Origin: Bigelowiella natans CCMP2755
Taxonomy: Eukaryota > Protista > Cercozoa
DNA length: 64,000 nucleotides
Assembly: GCA_000320545.1 (NCBI GenBank)
Contig: ADNK01000135.1
Span: forward strand, 1 to 64,000
Direction: 5' to 3'
Shown: in pieces, positions 47,701 to 61,376 of the stretch
How the letters are laid out: the number at the start of each line of letters is the position of its first letter
Numbering within the stretch: position 1 is the stretch's first letter
Notes under the pieces: model-generated
Seen by the model: only the letters and a program-made list of their open reading frames with translations
The model's database searches: none
Told to the model about the DNA's origin: nothing
Position numbers and translations under genes: made by a program

Positions 47701-50700
47701 ATGCCCGTGATCAGAGCGCCGGTGTCAATCAGCGCGCGGTACGGCGTTGGTCTACCAGGGCTTGCCACCTCAAGCAGCAGCGTCTCCACGCTCCAGTTGC
47801 CCTGAATATACTTGGACGTGACCACATGCGGGTCGGTCAGCACGCGCAATATCTTGGCCTCAGAGCCGGGCTCGTAATGGCAAGGCCGAAGTTCCTTGGG
47901 TAGTAGATCCGATGGCGTGCCGCTAAATCCCAGTCTTAGCCCGAAGATCACGTCGCTGCCGAGATCAGCACCACTGGCCCGCAGCTTGGTGGCCTGGTGG
48001 CGCATGACGCGGTCGAAAACCTGCTCCCTGAGGAAGTACCCTACAGAGTCAGGAAGCGTGGTGATAGCGCGGTATAGCACTTCGAGTTGCTTGTCGTCCT
48101 GGTATTGGAAAAGCTCCAGTGGTAACACTTCGTATCCCTCATCGTCGTCATCAATAGCAGCAATCTTCTTCTTCTTTTGTTCTTTGGCTCTCTCTCGCTG
48201 GTCTCTGGCTAGCTGTAACCACTCCTGGAACTTTATGCGCGAGGCTCTCTGCACGTAGGGCCCTTGCTCTGTAGCAAGCTTCTCCTTGAGCTGCTGAGCT
48301 ACAGCACGTACGTCGCGGCGTCTGAGGCCTTCATATCTATAGGCCAGGACGGAAAGCCCAATTTGGATCTCTGGGTGAGCAAACTCTGCTGCACGCGAGG
48401 GCACGTCAAGACCAATGAAGGGAACAGCTAATAGCCGCCGCGCCGCTGATATTTCCGGAGGTTTTCCTTCCATGAGCGCCCATTTGTCGATGTGGTGCGG
48501 ATGCAGCAAACCGTAGGCCACACGGTTGATCTTGGAGATACAGTGAGGGAGGAATGAATTAGTCCAGTCGCGGGCCAGGTTGAGTAGCTGGATCGACTTG
48601 GGAGAAAGCCTGCTCTCCGCCATTTCGTATGCTTCCTTTACTAATAACTTCTGTGATGCACTGCTGGTGTTATCTAAGATGTATGCGAGCATTAGCTCCT
48701 GAACGCGGCTTGAGTTAGAGAATGAGGAAGCCGGTTCCGAGCCATCATCATCATCATCACCACCACCACCATCGTCATTACCACCATCATCGTGTTTGCC
48801 ATCTTCTTTCTCCCTTCTCTCCTTCCTCTTTGATTCGGAGAGCACACGCTTCATCTCAAGCTCTGTGCCAGTGGCCGTGGGGGAGGAGGCGGCGGTTTCG
48901 ATGTCGGCCTGAATGCACGGCTGCGCACGGAGCCAAATCATGGCCCACCGCCCAACAGCCATCTTGAGATGAGACTGGTAAAACGACTTTTGTAAGACGA
49001 CAGGGTGGGGGCTGGTTTGCACGACCTTCTGCTCCTCCCCCTGTCGCATGGCATTGGCGATGTCTCGTAGGACTGCAAGCGAGTCGGTATCAGGCCGGAA
49101 ATCAGGCAAGGGCACTCTGCCCCCCGACACGTCGTAAAAGAAAGCCTCGAGAAGATGCATGGGAAACTCCCATCGCTCAGGGCCTAGCGGAAGCTTCTCC
49201 TTCGGTCCGATAGGAAAGTTCAGCTCTGACTTGAGCGGATGCAAGATTAGGTCAACTTCGTCCAAGAGAGCCACCCCACCCATATCTTTGCCGAATAGCT
49301 TGAGAATGCGCTTTATGGCGTCTGCCTTGAGCGCATTGCTTCTCAAATCCTTGGCTAAGACCCCAGAACGCTGCAGCTGTAGGCCAGAGCCAACACGTGA
49401 CTTTGGGAGCGAGAGAATTGGAGATGCCGCCTCCACAGACTGTAAAAGGTCCACGTACTTCAGCATCAAAGACTTTACTGCCTCAGGGGTCGTGCACACT
49501 ACAGCACGCTGCTTCCTCGCGCGATCCAGCTTCGTATACAGTGCTTCTAGCAGCTTAATCGAGTTTGCCGTATCCGAGCCACGATCGAAGTTAAACGTGT
49601 AGACAGCCTTGGAAATCACATTGGAGAAGACGTTCCGCATCACGCTGCGCGTTTGGGCAAGGAGTGCCTTGGGCACCACCTGCGACACTAACACGCGCCC
49701 GTTGGCGAGAAGTAGGGTAAGCATCGGGGATACAACGGACGTCTTGCCCGCTCCCATGATCATCTGTCGCACAGAACTTTGACGTGTTCTAGCGGATGCT
49801 AGGAACTGATAGATGATCTCGACTTGTCGCGGCCGCATCATGAAGCCCGCCATGAACTCGAATGCTAAGAATCTCGGGTCAAAGGTGCCAGTCGTGAGAG
49901 ACATCTGCGTGGTGTAGCCTCTTGAAGCTGTCAGCAACCCTGCTACATCCTTGGCTGTGTGCTCCATGATGTGCACCATGGCACCCAGCGAAGTAGACGA
50001 TTTCTTCCTGCCACCAGCACTTCCACCACCACCAGGAGCTGTACCATTGGCCCCACCACCCACTCCCCCTCCTACCATCTTCTGAGAGGGCATGGCTGGC
50101 TGGCGGTCACCGGTTGGGCTAGGCTTCCACAACTTAATCCCATCCTGATAGCAGCCGCGCCGGGCGAGCTTGAGAAGCTCCAGCGAGTTTGAGCTGTCCT
50201 GCAACCACGTTCTGGTTTTCTTCGCGTCAAACAGATGGAAGTGGAAGGCCACAGCCACAACGGCAGGCAAATGCCGCTCTGGGAGACCCTTTTCCTTGAC
50301 GTAGAGAGAGCGATCGGTGCTCGAAATGAGCTGCGATTCTTTGCGAAGGAGGTCCTTGGTCAGCGCCCTAGTTTTCGCTTCATCGTAGCCGCATTGCTTT
50401 GCGGCATGGAGCAGCATTTGGGGTGTGGGCACGAGGATTTCGTAGACAGAGCCTCCGCCTCTTAGCCAGCCTTCCTCCAGACGCTTGACGATCACTAGCT
50501 CAATACTGCTCTCGAGCTTCTTCACCACGTCCAACGTGCGATTGCAGTGGCTTAGTCGTGTGCATCGGAACAAAACGGCGGCGACGGCAGCCATCAGCTT
50601 CTCGATGTCGCTGCGTGAGAGGAAAGGATTTATGCGCTGCATGTCCTTGGCCTCGCGGGAGGACAGGAACAACGACGCGATGTGCTCGAAAGATGCGGTT

Positions 50701-53700
50701 GCACGTTTGCCACAAAACTTCTCCAGCGAATAGGCGATCAGATTGGTAGCGGCACCGTCTGCAGGTGCAGCTCTATCTTTCAACTCTTCGCCCTTTTTCT
50801 CCTTCGAGTCTTCTTTGGTGGCGGTGACGACATTTGCCATTTGCTCTACCAAAAAGGAGCCCTGCCTGATGGCATCGAAGTCTGCGCCACGAAGTTTTTC
50901 CAGAAGGTTTTTAAGTTTGGAAAGCTTCTCCAGGGCAGAACCGAGGATAGCAGCTGCTTGCGATCCGATCGTAGCGGTTCTTCTAAGGCTGGGAATAGCC
51001 ATTATCGGAAGAGGATTATCACCGTCAAAGGCTTTTTCTTCTTCTGCTTTGTGGGCATCATCTTCACCATTACCATCAAGCCCGGAGATTAGGATAATAT
51101 CCTTCCTGATGGCATCGAGGTGGTCAGGAGTGAGGTAGGCTAGACGTGGGCGCGTCTTTCCTTTGGCCTTTACGGCAGAGGTCTTGAGGTCGTGCTCCAT
51201 GAGCTTTAGCATCTTTCGTGCCACCTGTGACCGAGCCACGGGATTACTTGTGCTGACGGTGAATGGGAGTTTGGCGAGGATCGAGTCAGCGTTAGGATCG
51301 AGTTGGTAGGCGATATCCGAGCTGAAATCTATTGCTGAAAGCGGCATTGAGAAGAAGGCTTTTCGATCCCTGTCGCTCACGTGAAGAAGGTCGCCATCAG
51401 ATTGGTTCTCATCACCGTTCTGATTCTTTGCATCGAGGGGGAGGTGGCGCTGAGATGCCGAGCAGTCAGAGACCTCAGGGCGAGTGAGAATCTCTGCGTT
51501 GGCGGGTATGTGCGTCGTTTCATTGACTTCGGGGGGGGGCGGGAACTTTGGTGCGTGCATCTGTGTCTTGACATAGCGTGCAGCAGCCGTGAGATGGTCT
51601 TTAACCCACATCCCCAGCCCTGGATGCGAGTTGGTGGGACAACCCTCCTCGAGTACCGTGGATATCTTAAAGAATGGTAGTTCTGGGAAAGTCTTCTTGA
51701 TCTCGACCCCACGCTCGATGGCGTGGAGCAAAGGCCCTAGCATGCCATATGCGACCTTCGCGTCATCCGAGGGCGGCTTCTTGCCCATCTTGGTCTGCTC
51801 AAGATATTTCATCTGAACTAGCAGCTTGGTCAACGTGAAGCTATGCTGCGGGAAATCATGGTGCACGTCAGGCCATAGCAGCGGCTTCAGCGTCCCTGAG
51901 AGCATCTGGTAGAGCACAAGGAGGCCTCGTGACATCTTTGAGCCAGTAAGGCTATCATCAAATATCTCCTCGATCAATGTGACGAGCGCAGCGCCATGCA
52001 GACTACTTCCAGATGGCTGCGAGTATTTAAGGTAGAACCCGACGCCACGCTCAAGAACGGGCGCCATTTTTTTCACAGCTTGCACCACTTTGTCTTGCCA
52101 CAGAGCGCCTCCCTGCTTACTGCGGCAAGGACCGGCAGGAAATTCCAGCGCCTTACTGAGCCTTGAGCTTTGCTCGATGGCCTGTAGGTAGCGAAGGCGG
52201 TCAGGAGCGATACCGAGTTGTATCTCCTCGTCCTGGGTAAGTCTGCACACCACGGAGACGTGTGGGAACTTCTTCAAGTAGCCTTCCTTATCAGCTTTCA
52301 CCTTTACCGGAGGGGATTCCCCGCACCCTTTGCAAATGCAGGCAAGTCGCAGCCTGCATGCGTGTGCGTCAGGGTGGCTGTCCTCCTCAGTGTTCTTGAT
52401 CAGTGAGACTATCCATTTCTCCTCTTCCGTGAAGGCGGTATCCGTGGAGCACGTTGACAACAACTTAGACGCTGCAGCGTAGTCTCGCGCCATTAGCCTT
52501 AGCAGCAGGAGGTAGAAGGAAGCACTGAGAGAGCGGCTCAAGACGAATGTTCCTGACAGGTGAATGGGGTAAACATAGTAGCGCGTCTTCACCTGCTGTG
52601 ACCACTCTTTACCTCTTGAGAGCACCACGTGAGTTGAGAATGGGCACTGCTTGATCTTAGGTCTCGTGATACCATAGTTCGGTACCATAAGGAAGTATTC
52701 TTGCCGCGAGTTGTTAAGGACGACAGCATGAGGGATGGCGTTTGCGTGCTTCGAGAGGATGGAATCTGGACTTTCGGTAAGATATAGTCCATCATAGTCC
52801 AAACTAGCGAGCACCGACTTGCCGTCCTGCTCTCTTGTCTCAAATCGCGCCCCAAGGCGCGGGAGCTCCACAAGCGAGATCTCGCATTCCTCCTCGGTTT
52901 GTTTGGGGGAGGAGCGTGTCCACACCAGCACGTATGAGAGGTTCTCAATGCGAGTAAGCACCTTCTTTAGCCTATGCCCTAGACTCGAGGGCTGCGATCG
53001 TACAAGGTTCAGCAGCAACATTGGCTCTGGCAGAACACCGCCCCCCCCATTACTGCTACCACCATCACCACTCTTACTTTCCTTTTCCTTGCTCTTTTCT
53101 TCCTCCTCCTCCTGGCTAGTGCTGTCTTTTCCATAATATGGAATCCTGTATATATTAGCCACCCACTCGCCAATGCCTTCGTTCTCTAAGATAGCTTCGT
53201 CGTTGTGGCTCAACCCGGTGTAGCAGTCATGGGGCGGAACCTGGGCGAGTCTGGCTCCTGCCTTCCTCGCAGCATTTTCACGCACCGACTTCCACGACGC
53301 AGTAGGAGCGCTATCGACCGCTACATAGCGTCCGTTGACCTTAAGGACGCTCTGGATCTTGAGTGTCGCCACGATCACGGTGTTGGAATCTACCGTCTTC
53401 GAATCTGGCCGTGGGTAACCGCGGAGAATGCACGGCCCTGTTCTCCAAAACTGGTACTGCCTCGTGAGTATATCCGGGATAAGACCACTCAAAAACCTTG
53501 CTGGGATGTACTCCTCGTACTCACCTTCTGCTGCTTCTTCGTCTTCAGATGACACAGTGTCTCCCCACGCCTCAGCCTCCTTCTTGAGCTTGTTCTCTAA
53601 GTCCCTGTCGGATTTGGCGACAAGGCGGTTCCTGCGGATGACCACAGAGCCGACCGCATTGTTTGATAGCTTGCCAACGCCAGGCCGATCGGACATAGAG

Positions 53701-55227
53701 CCATCCTTGTTCAGAAGCCCATCAAACATCCCACCGCCTGCGAAACGAAGGCCAGGCTTGGCAGGATTGTCCCTGTCTCTCGGGTCTTGCTCCAAGTCGT
53801 GAAGGCAAAATCGCGAGTCCGATGAGAACACGCACTGGCGGTGCACACGTCGTCCACATTCGGCTAGGTAGTAGACAGTGAATGTCTTGTGCGTTCTGAA
53901 TGCCTGAACCTCGAAGAATCCGCCCGGGTGCCCCTTGAGCTCTTCCAAGTCTCCTTGCGGACTCACGTACCTGGGGAGTAGGAATGGTGAGTATAACCAG
54001 TAGCAAGAGCAAGGGCTTTATCAACACCATATGGATCATGTTAGGAACAAAAAGGGAGGGGGGCAGGGAGGATGAGGGAATCACGAGTCTTCTTACATGA
54101 GCATCTGGGCACATAGAGCAGGAGAGACGCCGCCTGTGACATTATCGATGCTGCTGCTGCTGCTGTCTCTGCAGGAACGAAGGCCCTGGGTATCGATCCA
54201 GACCTTTGGCCTGGCCTCCATTTCCATCTTATCGACGGATTGATCCAGTATGGGATCAAGGAGCTCTGACAGCCACCCAGCACTACCCGGGGAGTAGGCT
54301 ATGAACGTTTTCCCATCGTACAGCAGCTTCGAGGCGCTTCCTGGAGAGCGGCGCGGCATATTGAGGCACTTCTGCTCAGGTAGACCGCCCAGACGACCAA
54401 CAGCTTGGGTTGGAGTGCTGCTGCTTTCGGAGCCTTCGTTGTCCTTTTGTCCGTCGTCGTTTTGTGTCTTCTTGTCGCCACTGCCAGTAGTGATGGTAGA
54501 AGCAGCGTCGAGGCTGATGCTGCCAACAGCGGACATGTTCTGAGCCATCTCGTTGGAGACGATGGGAGTCCAGCTACCGATCTCGTAGACGTGCTGCCCG
54601 TGGACAATAGTCATCAGCTTTCGATTCAGGTTGTTCTCCACAATGGCGCAAAACAGCGATGACGACGACGAGGATGAGCCGGACGACTTGTCCTTCTTCT
54701 TCTTCTTCTTCTTCTGCTGGTGTTGCTGCTGGATCGCGATTAGATCCTGGGCTACCTCAAAGACGTCGGAAAAGTCGCTGTGGTTGGCGATATCGGTAGG
54801 AACCGGCATGAGCATACGATTTCTTAGATAAACCTCCCCTGTCTGAAGATTGACCTGTACCGTCCCCATTGGGTCACGATACAGCCCGACCGATTTATCT
54901 CGCGAAGACGACGACGACGCCTCAAGTTTCTCCTCTTTCAATTCCTTTGCGATCTTAGCCTTGATCTCCTTGAGGTTCTTGCGCAGGTATTGGCGAGCTG
55001 CTTCGAGGTCGTTCATGGTCTCCATGAGCGCTCTGAAAAAGGAGGGGAGCGATTAACGATTAGCAATTGTGATATATGGTATATCACATGATAAAGTGCT
55101 CCTGATTGTGATACAACACGTGGTTGATGATCTTCAATAGTGACGCCTCCTCTTTTGGTGTCGGTAGTAATGGTTGGATGTGCTGATGATGATGACGATG
55201 ATGGTAGTATTTGATAATGCTTCCTAT

Positions 55228-55260
<33 letters not shown>

Positions 55261-55480
55261 CTTTGAGCCACGTTAACGCCCACCGGCTGCTTATTTTCGT
55301 CCTGCTCTTGTGATAAAAGACGCGCCGAAGCTACAGAGACCGGGGCAGCAGCTGTGAGCCTAAAGCCCCAATCTTCCACCGAACGATCCGAGTGGAAGTG
55401 TACCACGAAGCTATCAGCAGGGATCACGAGGGGCGGCCGGCCCCCAGCACCTGACATTAATTATTATAATGATGATGATA

Positions 55481-55515
<35 letters not shown>

Positions 55516-58500
55516 AGCATTTGTTGTACGCTATCGTGGATTTTGTTGCGTGATGATCGTTGTTCTTCTAACCAACCTGGCCATTCGCCAGCAGCAGGGC
55601 CGGAGAACTTGCGCTCTTTCCCCCAGAAGCTGGTGCAGCTCTCATCTTTGTAAATAGTCACGAAGTCGGAATACTCCTCCGTCGCACACTTCTCATCAAA
55701 ATAGATCGATATGTAAGGGGTTCCTGGGAAACGAACAGTTTCGTAGTAATCGGTGAGAGGCTTGTAAGGATGTGAGGACTCGACGACTTTGGAGCAGATC
55801 AGTGGCTTGCTCGCGACAGAGGCCCACCCACGCCACTGAACCTCAGCCATCTCGCCTGGATTAGCCCTTTGTAGAGATACGGAGGCCACGCGTCCCAGCA
55901 GCTGGTCAAGCATGGCACTGTCCGCCTTCTGCGCGCAGTGGCAAATATCCGCACGACTCTTTTCGTAGATTAGGAACACGTCGTGGAGAGGCACCGGGAG
56001 CAGTGGGATTGCCTGCCCAGCTCGCTTCTTATCGCTCAGGTGCTGGATGACAAACTTCGCGCTCTTAGCCTCCGAGTGCCAGCTCAAGACGAAGGCGGAG
56101 CTACAACAGAGGTCGGAAACGGTTTTGGTAGACACCATGTCTTGGCTGCTCTCTTCCTTCTCAATCGTTCCTCGTATAGCATGCAACAAGGCTAGATGCG
56201 AGTGCATCTCCGTGGACCGCTCTACGTCGCCCGCCGTCTCACTCTCTACCAACCAACGGTGGAGAATTGCAGTGGCTCCGTTGGGGCCGAGTAGCCGCAA
56301 GATGCGGTTCTCCGTGCTATCCTTTGGCGTCTTATGGCATTGCCTAGCATGCCTGACGAAGGAAAGGATGAAATAAGTAATGCGTATGATTCTCATTAGC
56401 AGCGTCGCGAATGTTGAGGTGTAGTCCCCAATACACAGCTCAAGCGTCTGGCTGACGATCTTTGCAAGGGGCCCGAGGAGACTCCGAGGGGCGTTTTTGG
56501 CCTCTCGCATCAACACACCATGCGAGGTGCCCAAGAGAGGATCGCGCTGCTTGCTTTCGACTGGAATTTTGTCAATCTTGTTGAAGCTGTCAGACACATA
56601 GGCTCGAGGCTCAAACAGCACAGATTCGAAAATGTCGCGGAGCCACGGGTTCAGTAGAGCACCAACCCTCTGTTTAGCGAAGAACTCAAGAACCAAGGGA
56701 ATGGCAAGGTAGGGCGTTGTGAGATAGGTCATCAGCCTCTCTGACTCCTCCTCACTCAACGTGTCGCCGAATCGCTGCAGCTCCGTTTTCTGGAGCACGG
56801 CATCCTCGTCAGCATCATTCCGCGTGCCAAGTAGTGACAAGGAGGCTGGTGATTTCTGGGCATACCCAGGAGCAAATTTGATGTTGTGCTTCTCGTTGCA
56901 GATCGCCACCCTGAGCAGGGACACTGTCCCGTCGCGATTGCAGTCATGGAAATCCCACTTGGGAGTCGCCTGTGAGAGGTACCATAGCGACACGCTCCGG
57001 AAGGGAGCATTGCCAATTTTGAGGAGCGCTGCAGGCTCAAGGATGAGGCGGTGCAAGAAGATAACGTCGCGCAGAAGTAGCACCTCGGGCGCCTGGTCGA
57101 AAGCTTCACCCATGATCCACCGACTCTGTCTCTCTAAATCAGTCATCGCATCAGGGTTCTGCGCACCCCTCACGTGACCGGCGACCCTCCCCCGCTTCTT
57201 CCGAGGGGGCAGCGTATACATGAGTCCGCACTGGTCAAGAAGCTCCTTAACAAACTTCATCGTCGTGTCGTCCTCCTGTACCTGGAACGTGGGCTGCTTG
57301 TATTGTCCGGAGAATAAGCCACCGCGGGGTGGTTCTGGTTTCCAGGAAAAGAGGGCGGGGCTCTTGGAGAATGGCATGCGCTCGAAATAGTCGAAAACAC
57401 GGTGGCGCGTATCGAGAATGTGAGGATCTGTGAAGAGCATTCGGTCAGAGATCCGCCGGAGCTGATAGCCCTGGAACGACGTAAGGCATATCGAGTAGCC
57501 TTTCACCCCCTTGGTGCCGGCAATTGAGGCCGCATCCACTTTTGTACCACATAGGAGTCGAGCTACTACGTCGTGAGTATTTTTCTTCTTAGTTTTTGCC
57601 TCCCCTGAGGATTTCTCATCTTTTTTACCGTCAGGCACTGTCGTTCTCATTCGTACTACAGCATCAAAGACAGCGAGGATGGCCATGGAGGTCACAGCAC
57701 GGGCCGCCTCATCCGCACGATCGAGATTTGTTGACAGTGTTGCCGCAATGTAGTGAATCAACAATCCGTGGATGGCCTTGAGCACCGCCATACGCTCATC
57801 ATTCGTAGGGGTCGCGTTTGCAAAGGGGCATGTTGATTTCCGACTTGGATCTTCTTCCAAAGATGATTTCTCTTCAGTAGGCGCAGCTTGTGGCTTTGGA
57901 ATAGGGATTCTCATTGTAAAGACAGCCTGGATCAAGCACGTAATCTGATGGCAAGCAATGGAGCCTGCAGAAACAGATGTCTTTGCACGAAGGCGATCAC
58001 AGCGGTCCTTGGTCTCGGTCAGATAGCGCTGAATCGCTGCGAAACTGCGGGGCTGGCTATCGTCGTAAAGGTCAACAAACAGCTCAGGAACTGCCTCGGT
58101 CGGGCCGCCCTTGAGCCCATCAGTCTTTCTCTTATCCGCGATGAGACCAAATCCAGAGTAGCCGATATACTCGTCTGAAGAGCGCATATTCAGCTCGCCC
58201 AGGCGGTTCTGAAAGGCGACATCAGACTTGAGCATATTTTTGATAGTCTCCTGCACTGTTTTCACTTGCGTTCGTACGACTTGGAGACCTTTCGCGTCCA
58301 AAGAACCTCTCTTCAGCTCCTTAAGGGCGGCCATTGCCGTCTGCCTGCAAGCTACGTTAATCATGCGAACATCAGAGTCCTCGAGGAGGCCACTGCTGGT
58401 ACTGCTGTCCTTTCCATCAGCACATTGCTGATCCTTCATTGCTTTTAGGTCTGCTAATACGCGGTCGAGGTAGGCACAGCGGATTTGGAATAAGAACTGC

Positions 58501-59960
58501 TTTCTTTGCTTTTCATTGAATCCGTCACGCTTCATGAGGAATCGAAGTGTCGATAAGATGCAACGATAGTAGCAGGTTCCAGACCGCTGGATCGTCTCAT
58601 ACTCACCACAAAGATCGTCTTTGTCAGCGGCTTCCACAGCCTGTGCCAAAGGGCCGTTGGCAAGGTGAGGCAGGAGCACTTCGTACATTTGTTCAGAGTC
58701 GTTTTCCTTCTTGTGTGTGAGACGCAGTTTCCAGAAGAGGAACCATATGGCCGGGTCAAGAAACCTCTCTGCCTTAATTCCTTTGATAGTAATCGCAACC
58801 TGTGTTGGTGGGAGGGGAGAAGGAGAACAGGAAGTACTCTTATTATTGAGAATGAATGATGACACCGTCCCTTTAGTCTGTTCCTCTTTCGTATCAGATA
58901 CTTTTGATGTTGCTACCCACCTTATGCTTCTTTTTCGGGAACCACTTGTTGGTCGCGGGGTGGTATTCGACGCCTTGACCTGATAAGGTAGCCGTGCATG
59001 TTATTTGCCACGTATCAACAACGACTTGCACAAGTTTCAGGCTTTATACAAACGGAATAAACTCAGTTTTTTGCATGAGTCTATTTCCTTTCATAAATGA
59101 CAAAACCACCTGTGTTGATTACGCTGAAGTCGTAAGAGTCTTTGGTCTTCCACACCACGTGCATGATGGCGTGCCCACCACCCTTATCAGACCAACCGCT
59201 GCACACAGCACGCGCACATAAACACAAACACACACACACACACACACACACACAACACAATTTGTAGTGAGGAACACTGCCCATAGAGTGCCAGTGGTAC
59301 TTCTCAAGCACTGCAAACAGTTCTATTTTGTAAGTCATATCTACCCAGTTACAGCTAGCCTTTGGCCGTCCTTCATTTCCGTAAGTCTTCGTTGAAACTT
59401 CTTCACGAAATCTGGAACACATTTGTGATCCTGAAGAAACCAAAACCAGTGGTGATAAGAATAGATTCAATAGTACCCGACCGATTCGTTGCACTAGAGA
59501 TAAAAATAAGGAACCAAAAAGTACAAGAGTGGTAGAAGAAGAAGAAGAAGAAGAAGAAGAAGAAGAAGAAGAAGAAGATGTGTATATTCATATTCGTGTA
59601 ACCCTACCGAGACAGCATCTTTCTCGGCGTCAATTTCGGAGGCTAGTACCAGATCGGAGACAATTCGCTCAACCTGATGGTACATTTGTGAGACATTTAA
59701 TGCTTACACTAGATCTATGCTTTCGATTCGATCGCCTCTCTGTTCGGAAGTATTTACGAGCAGCTGTGCCACAACGCAATTTAGAATGATTGTTACCTTT
59801 TGCAGGTCCTCCTTTTCCATGAGAGAGAGCTGGCCTTTTCGTTCTTTAACAAGATCGCGAATGATCTTAGCGAGGGTGCGGATGCTTGGGGCTGTTTGCC
59901 CCCCCTCTAAGTCTGTGTTCTGGATATGAGGATCCCCGAATTCCCCTGCGAACGCACCAT
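41754..59960 (-). CDS. Giant multidomain protein (~5,700+ aa): putative Cys protease, CUB-like, DUF3638/DUF3645 SF2-type P-loop NTPase, ubiquitin-like, UIM, EF-hand pair, 3x SPRY, coiled coil; true start not resolved
   Basis: ORFs 55464-58865, 55257-55457, 54093-55025 and 41754-53966 are linked by GT-AG introns (e.g. ...QML-M|YVSPQG; EWPG|AGGRPP). Motifs: QMIMGAGKTSVVSPML, LLDEVDLILHP, LLAVPFIGLDVPSRAAEFAHPE, ALIDTGALITG, FYDQVHTTGMDI, DANGDGWLSREE / DSSQDGYLNYRE, and three G(R/K)xY(Y/W)E...GVGDDxxSWG...GD(V/I)IG repeats. Confidence 0.85.
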
Positions 59961-60049
59961 TTCGCCATATCGCACCAAGAAAATCCTTCCCAGGTCTATA
60001 TGGATATCATTTAAATACTTAGTCATCAAGGAGACCGCCTTATAATACA

Positions 60050-61300
60050 ATGAAAATTATGAGACGCATCTTGAGGAAGCGCAGTTTGAGGAGTAGGTAT
60101 ACATAGAGAATAATAGTCAAAAGCACTCCAAAGTTACAAGATGGTTGCTTGTAGAAAATAGATAGACAACGTTTCATCGAATGAATGGAGTATCTTACTT
60201 GCAGCAAGATGAAAGCTGCTCATGCCTGGGCATAGTTCAGTATGATTGCCTCGGTAAGGCGAGTGCAATAGCAGCTCTTCCGAGGTGTTTATTGGGAGCT
60301 ACAGATTCTTTTAAGTAATTTGTCTGTGTGGAAGGAGAACGTGATTCGGGTGACGACGCAAAGCAGACACGGAAAAATGATAACTTCTATTGCAGTAAAT
60401 AATTGATATGGTAATTTAATAGGTCTACTGCAATGCAGCCCTTAGTAGGTGAGATTCGACTGAGGAGATACTTTTTTCATTCGAATGCTTCTTTTTCTAC
60501 CGACGGCGTCTCTCTCACATTAATATCACCAATCGGAGTACCATCGTCCGAATCCCTCCAAAAATGTCATATGTATGTATACACTCGATAAATTGATGGA
60601 GGGTGGAGGAAGGAAAAGGGGCTAACCGGAGGAAGGAAGAGGGGTAATAAGATATCCCCACTCTACTGGATCTATCCTGGAATCTGCGTAGATTTCGAGA
60701 AGCCATTTTGCATGCGGTTTAGCTGTGTATTTCCATTGTCGCAGCACTAAAATACATGCCTTTTTTGCGAAAAGTTTTCAGTACCTGGGTCATATAAGCA
60801 AATTGGTCCCCATTCACGACCTGCGACAAAGCACCGAAGAACCTAAATGCTGCAGTTTTTGTAGTTCGGAACTTCGAATTCCAACATTCTTGCACAATCG
60901 GTTCCTCTCTGGGAACCCCTACCCAGACCTGCTGTGTGTGCACAACAGCCTTTTCCACAGATCGAGACTATCCTTCCTTGTTCTCGTCTGTTGGCGTCGT
61001 TTGTAACAATTATTTATTTCTTATCCAGCGTCTGTCTGAACTGGCAGTCGTAATAAATTATCTGGCAATCCCCCTCATCGCCGTGATTCCTTCGAGTAGT
61101 ACCTCCCTCCGAGAGGTTGCGAGAAAGACACGCTGTCCTCCAAGAATTTTCCATCACTGATTTTTAGCGATGTGGCAAGATGTCCATCGTCTACAGTATA
61201 AAGGAAATATATGTTGCAGTTCTTTCATCCGGCGCAGATCTTGCCTGACAATCTGCACAACGGCATTTCTCATGATGATGTCCGTCACAATATCGAGGAA
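60050..61300 (-). CDS. Possible hypothetical multi-exon gene (or extra 5' exons of the giant gene)
   Basis: Open, splice-site-flanked segments such as MEKAVVHTQQVWVGVPREEPIVQECWNSKFRTTKTAAFRFFGALSQVVNGDQFAYMTQ and KPHAKWLLEIYADSRIDPVE. The structure is not resolved. Confidence 0.3.
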
Positions 61301-61376
61301 AGAGGAGGCATTGGGAAATAGAAGGAGAGAATTTGGGGCGAAAGTTCATATGACTAGGCTAAGAGGGGGACTTTCG

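Noticed and set aside
41986-58983. Dozens of + strand and alternate-frame ORFs overlapping the giant gene
   Set aside because: Antisense shadows of a long GC-rich coding frame, with no independent motifs.
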